Shown here one piece after another: positions 7,932 through 15,300 of a stretch of 24,038 nt of DNA (its first letter is position 1; the number at the start of each line of letters is the position of its first letter). This stretch comes from Myxococcales bacterium. GTDB taxonomy: Bacteria > Myxococcota_A > UBA9042 > JABWCM01 > BTVJ01. The stretch lies in the NCBI GenBank assembly GCA_045863395.1, contig BTVJ01000105.1:1-24038 (forward strand), written 5' to 3'. Under the pieces are notes generated by a model. It was not told the origin of the DNA. It did no database searches and was given only the letters and a program-made list of their open reading frames with translations. Position numbers and translations under genes: made by a program.

Positions 7932-8939
7932 ATGGACCCCCGCGTCAAGCAGCTGCAGCAGTCCCTCGCCACGGTGCTGCCCGTGTATCTCATCGAGGGC
8001 GAGGAGCTGCTGCTCGTCGACGAGGCCGCCCGCATGGTCGAAGCGGCCGCGCTGGGCGACGGGCTCCGCGACTTCAACGTGGACCGGTTCCAGCTCGGCG
8101 AGGCGTCTCCGGACCAGATCGGGACGGCGCTGTCGACGATGCCCATGATGTCGAAGCGCCGCGTGGTGGTGGTCCGCTGCCCCCGCGGCATCGAGGACAA
8201 GGCGGCGGAGGGGCTCGCGCGCTGGGCGGAGGACCCTGTGCCGACCTCGACGCTGGTGCTGGTGGTGCCGGGGGCGACGGTCAACGGGAACCTGAAGCTG
8301 CCGCGCGCCGTGAAGAAGGCGGGGGGGCTGTTCCGCTTCGACCCGCTCAAGCCGCGGGAGGTGCCGGCCTGGATCGCGGACCACACCCGCTCCCTCGGCT
8401 TCCAGATACGCCCCGACGCGGCCGCGCTGCTCGCGGAGGTCACCGGCGCCGACCTGATGCTGCTCACCGGGCAGATCGAGAAGCTGATCGCGTACACGGC
8501 CGGGGCCCGCCCCATCGAGCGCGGCGACGTGGAGCTGTGCGTGGAGCGCACCCGCGAGGACGCGGTGTGGGACCTGACCGACGCGGTCGGCGAGCGCAAC
8601 CTGCGCAAGGCCCTGGCGACGCTGGACAGCCTGCTGGAGCACGCCCAGAGCCCCATCGCCGTCGGGGCCGTCCTGACGCGGCACTTCCGCCAGCTCTGGA
8701 TCGTGCGCTGCGAGAGCCGCCGCGGCAAGCCGTCGGACGTGATCGCCACCGACAACAAGATCCACCCCTTCGTCGCGAAGAAGCTGCTCGAGCAGGCCCG
8801 CCACTTCGACGACGACACCCTGGCGTCGCACTTCGAGACGCTGTTCCGTGTGGACCGGGACCTCAAGTCGTCGAAGCTCTCCGACGGCCTGATCATGGAG
8901 CGCCTGATCTTCGATCTGTGCGGCCCACCTCGCCGTTGA
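7932..8939 (+). CDS. holA: DNA polymerase III delta subunit
   Basis: PVYLIEGEE, DFNVDRF, TMPMMSKRRVVVV, GADL...IEKL..Y, VWDLTDAVG, HPFVAKK, DRDLKSS. Adjacent to rpsT. Confidence 0.92.
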   Translation: MDPRVKQLQQSLATVLPVYLIEGEELLLVDEAARMVEAAALGDGLRDFNVDRFQLGEASPDQIGTALSTMPMMSKRRVVVVRCPRGIEDKAAEGLARWAEDPVPTSTLVLVVPGATVNGNLKLPRAVKKAGGLFRFDPLKPREVPAWIADHTRSLGFQIRPDAAALLAEVTGADLMLLTGQIEKLIAYTAGARPIERGDVELCVERTREDAVWDLTDAVGERNLRKALATLDSLLEHAQSPIAVGAVLTRHFRQLWIVRCESRRGKPSDVIATDNKIHPFVAKKLLEQARHFDDDTLASHFETLFRVDRDLKSSKLSDGLIMERLIFDLCGPPRR

Positions 8940-8964
8940 CTCCCCCGAGGGGCTGTGGTAGAAG
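8936..8964 (+). promoter_or_regulatory. Putative sigma70 promoter for rpsT, overlapping the holA stop codon
   Basis: TTGACT (8936-8941), 17 bp, TAGAAG (8959-8964), with extended -10 TG at 8956-8957. Confidence 0.55.
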
Positions 8965-9019
8965 CCGCGGTCCCGTGTGAATGCGGACGAACCCAGACAC
9001 GAGCCGAGAGAAGTCGAAC

Positions 9020-9289
9020 ATGGCGCAGCACAAGCAGGCCGAGAAGCGGCACCGTCAGTCCCTGGTCCGGCGGGCCCGCAACCAGCACTTCACCTCGATG
9101 ATGCGCACCTTCGTCAAGAAGGCCCGCGCGGCCATCGAGTCCAATCCCGCCGCGGCGGCCGAGGCCGTCCAGAAGGCGATCAGCGTGATCGACCACGTGG
9201 CCCAGAAGGGCATCATCCCGCGCACCCGCGCGTCCCGCGTCGCCGGTCGCCTCATGAAGGCGCACCACAAGGCGCTCGGCGGGGAGTAG
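9020..9289 (+). CDS. rpsT: 30S ribosomal protein S20
   Basis: MAQHKQAEKRHRQSLVRRARNQHFTSMMRTFVKK...IDHVAQKGIIPRTRASR matches the S20 pattern. Confidence 0.95.
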   Translation: MAQHKQAEKRHRQSLVRRARNQHFTSMMRTFVKKARAAIESNPAAAAEAVQKAISVIDHVAQKGIIPRTRASRVAGRLMKAHHKALGGE

Positions 9290-9305
9290 GGCATCATCCG
9301 GGTGT

Positions 9306-9329
9306 GGGCGCCTCCTTCTAGGGGCGCCC
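9306..9329. terminator. Possible hairpin between convergent genes
   Basis: GGGCGCCTC-CTTCTA-GGGGCGCCC stem-loop just after rpsT. There is no U-tract. Confidence 0.3.
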
Positions 9330-11747
9330 GCAGTCGCAGGCCAGCGCCTCCCCCGCCGACCGGACGGCCGGCTCCGCCACGACCCGCATGGACCCCGTGG
9401 CCGCCGTGCTGTGCCCCGCCCCCTTCCACGCGCAGCGATCCATCCAGCCCTGCACCTCGCCGCGGAGCCCCAGCGCACCTTCGGGGAGGCTCGTGTCCGC
9501 GATGGCGAAGTGCGCGTGTGCCGCTTGCGGGTCCCCCGCGAAGTAGAGCGCCACGCCCAGCATGCGCTCCCGCTCGGCGGTGACCGTCCGCGGCTCGTCT
9601 GCCATGCGAGCCCGGCGGAGCGGCTCCAGGGCCTCGGCGTGGCGCCCCTCCACGAACAGGCGGCGGCCATACAGATAGGCGACCAGCGGGTCTCCGGGGG
9701 CCGCCTCTGAGAGCGACCGCAGGAAGGCGAGCGCCTCCTCGGTCTTGCGCGGCGTGGTCAGCGCATCGCGCAGGCCGTCACGGACGGTCGGGTCCGGGTG
9801 GGCGAGGGCGCGCAGCTTCACGTCGATGCCGCGGAGGCTCCCTTGATCGAGCGGGGCCGACCGCAGCTCCTCCCACGCCGTGCGGGCCGCGTCCACGTTG
9901 CCGGCGCGCCAATCCGCGTCCGCGAGCTGGTCGCGGAGCGCCGCCTTCAGGAACATGCCGGCGCGGTCCGAGGCGAGCACCTCGGCGACCAGGGCGCGGC
10001 CCTCCTCGTCGCCCGCCGCGAGCAGCACGCTGGCGAGCGCCGCCTTCTTGCCCGGCTCGTCGGGGGTCCACCGCAGCACCGTGCGCCGGATGTCCGCCGC
10101 TCGCCTCAGGTCGCCACGCCGGAACGAGCGGTCCGCCTCCCGCTCCAGACCCGCCACGACGATGGGGCAGACCCGCTGGAGCACGGGCTTGCGGTCGAAG
10201 GTGAAGCGGGCGCGCTCCAGATCCTCGGGCTCCAGGGGGACGCGCGAGCGGTCACGCAGGAAGTCCTTCCACTGTGTCACGAGCGCGTCCATGGGCTCGC
10301 CGAAGGCCGCATGGAAGTCGCCCGACCCGTAGAGGCGGAGCACGGCGGGCATGCCCCGCTCGTCCATGAGCCACCGCACGAGGGAGCCGGCGGTGGTGTA
10401 GGCCGAGCCCCCGAAGGTCGTCAGATAGCCCTGTGGGCCCATGATTCGCGCCAGATCCGGCAGAATTCCAAGCTCCAGCATGGCGGCGCTCCACTGGTGG
10501 GGGGTCAGGCGGCCCCGATCCCACTCGATCGCCGTCGCGAGGCCCTCGACCAGCGCCATGTGGGGGAGCACCCAGTACTGAGCGGTGACGTGGAGCGGGC
10601 CGGGGGCGTACCCTCCGGCAAAGACGTGGGCCAGCTCGTGCTCGAGGATGCCGCTCCCGTAGGGGAGCCGCCCCAGGTGGATCTGGTGGAGCCAGGGCTT
10701 GGCGACGTAGACCTTGTCGGCGCCCATCAGGCGGCGGCGCTGGGCGGCGCTCCCGTAGACGAAGGACTCGATGCGCACCGGGTGGGGGCCCATGAGGGCG
10801 GCGAGGCGCTGCCAGCGGTACTCGTGGTCCTCCGCGATCCACGCGATGTCCTTGACGAAGCGCGGGTCGTCCGCGGGGTACCAGATGGTGACGTGCTCCG
10901 TGTCGTGGCGCCCGCCCAGCTCCCGGCGGATGTCGCCGGCGCTCACCTCCCAGCCGAGCTGGCCGCGGAAGCCGAAGAGGGTGGCCGAGACGGCGAGGGC
11001 CAGGGCGGCGGGGACGAGGGCGCGGCCGCGGAGGTTGGTGAAGCGTGCGCGGAGGGCGCCGGGGGCCAGGGCTGCGCGGGTCAGGAGCAGGACGGCCGCG
11101 AGCTGCACCACGTTGTTCATGCGGTACAGGACGAGGGTGCCCGAGATGCCGATGACGTCGTCGTAGATGGCCCCGATGAGGACGCCGAAGAAGGGGCTGT
11201 ACGCGAAGATCTGCGGCGCCGTGTAGAAGTGCCACGCGAGCCACGCGAAGGACGCGAGGGTGCCCACGATGAACAGCGCCGTCCCCGCCGCGCTCCGGCG
11301 GGTCCAGAGCCCGGCGGCGACCCCGAAGCCCGCTGCGAGGGACATGCTGATGAGCGGGCCTACGAACCAGAAGGCCACGCCGCCCGCGTAGTCGCAGACC
11401 TTCACGCGGAGCGCGTTGGCGCTGATCACGAGCAGGGGCAGGTGCGCGAGGATCAGCGCCGCCCCGACGGCGCCCCGCAGCAGCGTGCCGAGGGTGGCGT
11501 CGGGCTGCTCCCGGCGCGCCACCTGCACCACGCCGACGCCGACGTGGGCGGCGGCGAGGGACCCGACCAGCGCCGTGACGAGGCAGAAGTAGTAGCTCAA
11601 GCTGTCGAAGCCCGGCAGGAAGGCCAGGTACGCGGACAGCGCGACGAGGAGCGCGGCCCAGAGCCGGAAGCGCAGCATCCGGGTGGCGCGCCCGAGCATG
11701 GCGCGGGCGGCCGCGTACTTCGCGGCGACGGCTTGCGGGTCTCGCAT
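9318..11747 (-). CDS. Membrane-anchored gluzincin (peptidase MA-like) protein with C-terminal TPR-like repeats
   Basis: About 250 N-terminal residues carry several hydrophobic helices. ILEHELAHVF is followed by ALVEGLA (HExxH...E). The C-terminus is helical and TPR-like. Confidence 0.75.
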   Translation of the reverse strand: MRDPQAVAAKYAAARAMLGRATRMLRFRLWAALLVALSAYLAFLPGFDSLSYYFCLVTALVGSLAAAHVGVGVVQVARREQPDATLGTLLRGAVGAALILAHLPLLVISANALRVKVCDYAGGVAFWFVGPLISMSLAAGFGVAAGLWTRRSAAGTALFIVGTLASFAWLAWHFYTAPQIFAYSPFFGVLIGAIYDDVIGISGTLVLYRMNNVVQLAAVLLLTRAALAPGALRARFTNLRGRALVPAALALAVSATLFGFRGQLGWEVSAGDIRRELGGRHDTEHVTIWYPADDPRFVKDIAWIAEDHEYRWQRLAALMGPHPVRIESFVYGSAAQRRRLMGADKVYVAKPWLHQIHLGRLPYGSGILEHELAHVFAGGYAPGPLHVTAQYWVLPHMALVEGLATAIEWDRGRLTPHQWSAAMLELGILPDLARIMGPQGYLTTFGGSAYTTAGSLVRWLMDERGMPAVLRLYGSGDFHAAFGEPMDALVTQWKDFLRDRSRVPLEPEDLERARFTFDRKPVLQRVCPIVVAGLEREADRSFRRGDLRRAADIRRTVLRWTPDEPGKKAALASVLLAAGDEEGRALVAEVLASDRAGMFLKAALRDQLADADWRAGNVDAARTAWEELRSAPLDQGSLRGIDVKLRALAHPDPTVRDGLRDALTTPRKTEEALAFLRSLSEAAPGDPLVAYLYGRRLFVEGRHAEALEPLRRARMADEPRTVTAERERMLGVALYFAGDPQAAHAHFAIADTSLPEGALGLRGEVQGWMDRCAWKGAGHSTAATGSMRVVAEPAVRSAGEALACDCGRP

Positions 11748-11753
11748 CGGGGG

Positions 11754-12614
11754 CTACCGGGCGCCGAGGCGGGAGAGAGGGACGACGGGGGAGGCGGACG
11801 GCAGCGCCTCGTTCAGGCTCCCCATGCGGTACCCTTGGAGATCGACGGCCACGTAGAGGAAGCCCGCGGCCTTGCACGCGGCTACCAGGGCGTCGCGGAT
11901 CTCCGGCGAGACCAGCCGCGGCAGGTCGTCGGGCGGCACCTCGATGCGGACCACCGTGTCGTGCCAGCGCGCGCGCATCTGGGGGAAGCCCAAGGCGCGC
12001 AGGGCCTGCTCGCAGCGGTCCACCTGGGCGAGGCGCTCGGCCGTGATCTCCGTGCCGTAGGGGAAGCGGGAGCCGAGGCAGGCGAAGGCCGCCTTGGTCC
12101 ACGTGGGCAGGCCGAGGCGCCGCGACAGCTCGCGGACGTCCGCCTTGGTGAGCCGCGCCTCGATGAGGGGGCTCCGCACTCCCTTCTCTGCGGCCGCGAG
12201 GCGGCCGGGACGGTAGTCGCCGAGATCGTCCAGGTTGCAGCCGTCGACGATGGTGGCGATGCCCAGCTCGTCTGCTCTTTGGCGGCACAAGGAGTAGAGC
12301 TCCGTCTTGCAGTGGTAGCAGCGATCCTTCGGGTTGGTGCGGTAGCCCTCGATCTCGAGCTCGTTGGACCGCACGGTCACGTGGCGCACGCCGAGGTGCT
12401 CGCCCAGGGCGCGCGCGTCCTCCCACTCCCGGTCGGGCAGGGTCTCGCTGAGCGCCGTCAGCGCCGTGCAGCGGTCGCCGAGCACGCGGGAGGCCACCGC
12501 CAGCAGCAGGGCGGAGTCCACGCCGCCAGAGAAGGCGACCAGCACCGAGTCCAGCTCCGCCAGGAGGCGCTCCAGCTCCGCGAGCTTGTCGTCCAGGGTC
12601 GTCGTCGGGGTCAT
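11754..12614 (-). CDS. larE: LarE-like ATP-dependent sulfur transferase (PP-loop, TIGR00268-type)
   Basis: VAFSGGVDS PP-loop, NPKDRCYHCK, DDLGDYRPG, ACLGSRFPYG, DLQGYRMGSLNE. ATG 12614 overlaps the upstream stop. Confidence 0.9.
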   Translation of the reverse strand: MTPTTTLDDKLAELERLLAELDSVLVAFSGGVDSALLLAVASRVLGDRCTALTALSETLPDREWEDARALGEHLGVRHVTVRSNELEIEGYRTNPKDRCYHCKTELYSLCRQRADELGIATIVDGCNLDDLGDYRPGRLAAAEKGVRSPLIEARLTKADVRELSRRLGLPTWTKAAFACLGSRFPYGTEITAERLAQVDRCEQALRALGFPQMRARWHDTVVRIEVPPDDLPRLVSPEIRDALVAACKAAGFLYVAVDLQGYRMGSLNEALPSASPVVPLSRLGAR

Positions 12615-13039
12615 GGGCGCTCCTCGTAGCGGTGGGTGGTGTCGTCCCAGGCGAACAGGCGAGCGTCGGCAGTGCCATCCCCGAGCCCGATCACGACGTA
12701 GGTGAGGCCGGGCCAGAGCGGCTCGCCCAGCGGCGCGGCCATGGCGACGTCTTCTGGCGAGAAGCGCGCGTCCCCCGCCGGGTGGGAGTGGTAGACCGCG
12801 ACCAGGGAGCCCTCGTGGGCCATCAGGACGCGCGGGTCGATGAGGTACGCGGTGCGCGAGGTGCGGGGGAAGGTGTCCGGGTCCGCGGCGTGCCAGGCGT
12901 CCGCCACGTTCTCGCAGGGGAGCAGGGTCAGCGGGTCGCCGCGGAGCACGAGCCCGCAGCACTCGTTCGGAGCCTCTGCGCGGGCGTGGACGCGCATCGC
13001 GTCGAGGAGGCCCGCGCGCTCCAGGTCGTGCAGCGTCAC
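12611..13039 (-). CDS. JAB/MPN+ (M67, Mec-like) metallopeptidase
   Basis: PNECCG catalytic Glu and complete JAMM motif YHSHPAGDARFSPED. GTG 13039 overlaps the upstream TGA. Confidence 0.9.
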   Translation of the reverse strand: MTLHDLERAGLLDAMRVHARAEAPNECCGLVLRGDPLTLLPCENVADAWHAADPDTFPRTSRTAYLIDPRVLMAHEGSLVAVYHSHPAGDARFSPEDVAMAAPLGEPLWPGLTYVVIGLGDGTADARLFAWDDTTHRYEERP

Positions 13040-13608
13040 GGGGCCTCGCAGGTGCATGTGTGCTTGGGGGCCGGCCGGGTCGCGCCGCTCGGCAGCACGA
13101 CGACGCTCGGGCGGGGGTGCCCGAGCAGCGCCAGCAGCACCTCGCTGGCCGCCCAGGCGCCGGCAAGCGCGGCGGTGGCCTCGTCGGGCGCCCACGGGTG
13201 GGTGGCGCATCGCGGGCAGCCGTCCTCCTTGGTGCGCAGCCACGCGAGGAGGACGCCCTCTCCGGCGGGGGCGCCCACAGCCAGGAGGGGGGCGCCCCCG
13301 GCGGCGTCCGTTGCGGCGCGGGCCCCGACTTGTCCGAGCGCCACCACCACGTCCCAGGAGCCTTCCGCGGTGGTGACGGCCACGTCCGGGTTCAGGGCGC
13401 GCAGGCGGGCGTCGAGGCCGTCCGGGGCGCCGAGGAGACCGAGGGTGCCGACCCCGGCGGCCGCCAGGTAGACCAGGGCGGTCTCGGCGCCGGCGGAACC
13501 GGCCACCAGCACGCGGGAACCGAGCAGCCGGGCCTGCCCCACGCCGCCCACCTCGCGCAGCAGGATGTGCCGGGCGTAGCGCTGGATCTGGTCCTCCCGC
13601 AGCGTCAC
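13036..13608 (-). CDS. Degenerate ThiF/MoeB (E1-like) protein lacking ATP-binding motifs
   Basis: QIQRYARHILLREVGGVGQARLLGSRVLVAG, YLAAAGVGTL and LRALNPDV are MoeB-like. There is no GxGGLG and no DxDxVxxxNLxRQ. CPRC and a terminal CTC are retained. Confidence 0.8.
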   Translation of the reverse strand: MTLREDQIQRYARHILLREVGGVGQARLLGSRVLVAGSAGAETALVYLAAAGVGTLGLLGAPDGLDARLRALNPDVAVTTAEGSWDVVVALGQVGARAATDAAGGAPLLAVGAPAGEGVLLAWLRTKEDGCPRCATHPWAPDEATAALAGAWAASEVLLALLGHPRPSVVVLPSGATRPAPKHTCTCEAP

Positions 13609-13823
13609 GGGCGCTCCACCACGAGGCGGTAGAGCTCTCCGTCGGGGCCCTCCTCGATGACCGGGTAGCCGTCCTCCCGCAGGCTGCGGGGCACGTTGCG
13701 GGATGGCTCACCGACCCGCATGACGACGACCAGGCGCTCCCCGGGGGCGAGCGCCTCCAGGGCGAGCTTGGTGCGCACGTAGGTGATGGGGCAGGTGTCC
13801 CGGGTGATGTCGAGGGTGTTCAT
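13605..13823 (-). CDS. TusA/SirA-family sulfurtransferase (72 aa)
   Basis: MNTLDITRDTCPITYVRTKLALEALAPGERLVV...NVPRSLREDGY (LD....CP motif). ATGA and GTGA overlaps on either side. Confidence 0.88.
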   Translation of the reverse strand: MNTLDITRDTCPITYVRTKLALEALAPGERLVVVMRVGEPSRNVPRSLREDGYPVIEEGPDGELYRLVVERP

Positions 13824-14500
13824 GAGGGGCTCCAGCAGGCGCGGCAGGTGGGGTTCTTCGGTACCGCGATGCGCCGGGCCTCTCCAACGAGGGCATCGTG
13901 TACCAGGATGGCGCCGGCGAGGGCAGGGCGCTCCCCCCGCAGGATGCGCAGCACCTCGCCCGCCTGGAGCGCGCCGATGACCCCCGCCATGGCGCCGAGC
14001 ACCCCCGCCTGGGCGCACGTGGGGACCGTGTCGGGCGGGGGCGGCTCCTCGAAGAGGCAGCGATAGCAGGCGCCGCCGGGCATCACGGTCATCACCTGCC
14101 CGGCGAAGCGCAGGATGCCCGCCACCACGAAGGGGACGCCAAGGGCGACGCAGGTGTCGTTGAGCAGGAACTTGGCGTCCAGGCTGTCGGTGCCGTCGCA
14201 GACCACGTCCCACCCGGCGAGGAGCGCCATGGCGTTGGCGGCGGTCACCCGGACGGCGTGCTGCTCGACGCGGCAGTCCGCGATGGCGGCGATGCGGCGG
14301 GCGGCGGCGACGACCTTGGGGGTGCCGATGTCCTCGGTGGCGTAGAGCACCTGCCGCTGGAGGTTGGTCAGATCCACGCGGTCGTCGTCGGCGATGCCCA
14401 GGGTGCCCACACCGGACCGCGCCAGGATCTCGCACAGCGGGGCGCCGAGGCCGCCGGCTCCGACGACGAGGCCGCGGGCGTTGTGGAGGTGCGGGGTCAT
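13820..14500 (-). CDS. HesA/MoeB/ThiF-family adenylyltransferase (E1-like), N-terminally short
   Basis: VVGAGGLG, DDDRVDLTNLQRQ, PKV, DGTDS, CYRC, PTCAQAGVLG, CRAC. Confidence 0.92.
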   Translation of the reverse strand: MTPHLHNARGLVVGAGGLGAPLCEILARSGVGTLGIADDDRVDLTNLQRQVLYATEDIGTPKVVAAARRIAAIADCRVEQHAVRVTAANAMALLAGWDVVCDGTDSLDAKFLLNDTCVALGVPFVVAGILRFAGQVMTVMPGGACYRCLFEEPPPPDTVPTCAQAGVLGAMAGVIGALQAGEVLRILRGERPALAGAILVHDALVGEARRIAVPKNPTCRACWSPS

Positions 14501-14518
14501 CGGGTGGTCACGGGTGGG

Positions 14519-15133
14519 TCAAAGGGCTGCACGCGCTTCCAGCGCCGCCGTGTACTCGCGGACGCTCTGGCTCGTCATGGGCCGGTCCACGAAGGAGGCC
14601 AGCTCCACGAGGTCGATGCCCGGGAGCGCCTCGCTACGTGGCGCCTGGACGTACTCGTCGCCGCGCAGGATCCACGCGGAGATGCGCCCCTTGCGCCAGA
14701 CCCAGACCTCTGCCACGCCGAGCTTCCGATACACCTCGAGCTTGTCGAGCCCGCCGGAGGTCCAGATCACCTCGATGGCCAGGTGGGGGCGGCTGGCCGG
14801 GCCCTCGGTGAAGATCCAGCACTCGTCGGGCTCGGCGCCTGCCTGCTTCGCCTTGTCCTTGAGGGTCCAGGAGCCGACGGTCTTGAAGTCGCGGCCGGTG
14901 TGGAGGCAGTAGGCCTCGACGAGGCACCCGATGGTGGACTTGATCGCTTCGTGCGTGTCGGACGGGGACATGATCTCGACCACCCCCTCGTGGTAGGTGA
15001 TGCGCGGCGCCGAGTGGTCGCCCCGCATCTTCAAGATGCGCAGGTAGTCCGTCCAGGAGGCGCGCAGGGTCACGAACTGGTCACCGACCGGGGAGTCGTC
15101 GTCGCGGGTCAGGTTGGCGGCTGGGGCACTCAT
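14519..15133 (-). CDS. Uma2-family (DUF820) PD-(D/E)xK endonuclease
   Basis: EIMSPSDTHE, AEPDECW, PHLAIEV, KLEVYRKLGVAEVWVW. Confidence 0.9.
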   Translation of the reverse strand: MSAPAANLTRDDDSPVGDQFVTLRASWTDYLRILKMRGDHSAPRITYHEGVVEIMSPSDTHEAIKSTIGCLVEAYCLHTGRDFKTVGSWTLKDKAKQAGAEPDECWIFTEGPASRPHLAIEVIWTSGGLDKLEVYRKLGVAEVWVWRKGRISAWILRGDEYVQAPRSEALPGIDLVELASFVDRPMTSQSVREYTAALEARAAL

Positions 15134-15140
15134 GTCGCGG

Positions 15141-15170
15141 AGTCTAGCGCACAGAACCCCGGCCCGTCGA
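15141..15170 (-). promoter_or_regulatory. Putative promoter giving a leaderless Uma2/E1 operon transcript
   Basis: Minus strand TCGACG (15170-15165), 18 bp, TAGACT (15146-15141), then 7 nt to the ATG. No SD sequence. Confidence 0.5.
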
Positions 15171-15262
15171 GGGTTCGCCGTGAGCTGAGCGCGTACCCCC
15201 GCCGTTCCGCGCTTCCTCGTGGGGTGCCTGTCGCACAGGATGGCTGCCCGTCCGCCCCGCCC

Positions 15263-15291
15263 TTGCCACCCCCGCGGCCCCCCGCTATGCT
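15263..15291 (+). promoter_or_regulatory. Putative sigma70 promoter for holB
   Basis: TTGCCA (15263-15268), 17 bp, TATGCT (15286-15291), 9 nt before the ATG. Confidence 0.5.
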
Positions 15292-15300
15292 CCCCGGTCC

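Noticed and set aside
9272..9289. S20 ends in ...LGGE, resembling a Gly-Gly-X precursor that a JAB peptidase could trim
   Set aside because: S20 is a helical ribosomal protein rather than a beta-grasp carrier, and its C-terminus is variable. This is most likely coincidence.
13036..13608. Degenerate ThiF gene as a pseudogene
   Set aside because: The frame is intact, both ends are translationally coupled, and the Arg-finger segment and Cys pairs are selectively retained.
12611..15133. E1 + JAB + nuclease as a CBASS- or Bil-type antiphage ubiquitin-like system
   Set aside because: There is no E2, CD-NTase or Ubl gene. The E1 is MoeB-like, the JAB is Mec-like, and TusA and LarE point to sulfur metabolism.
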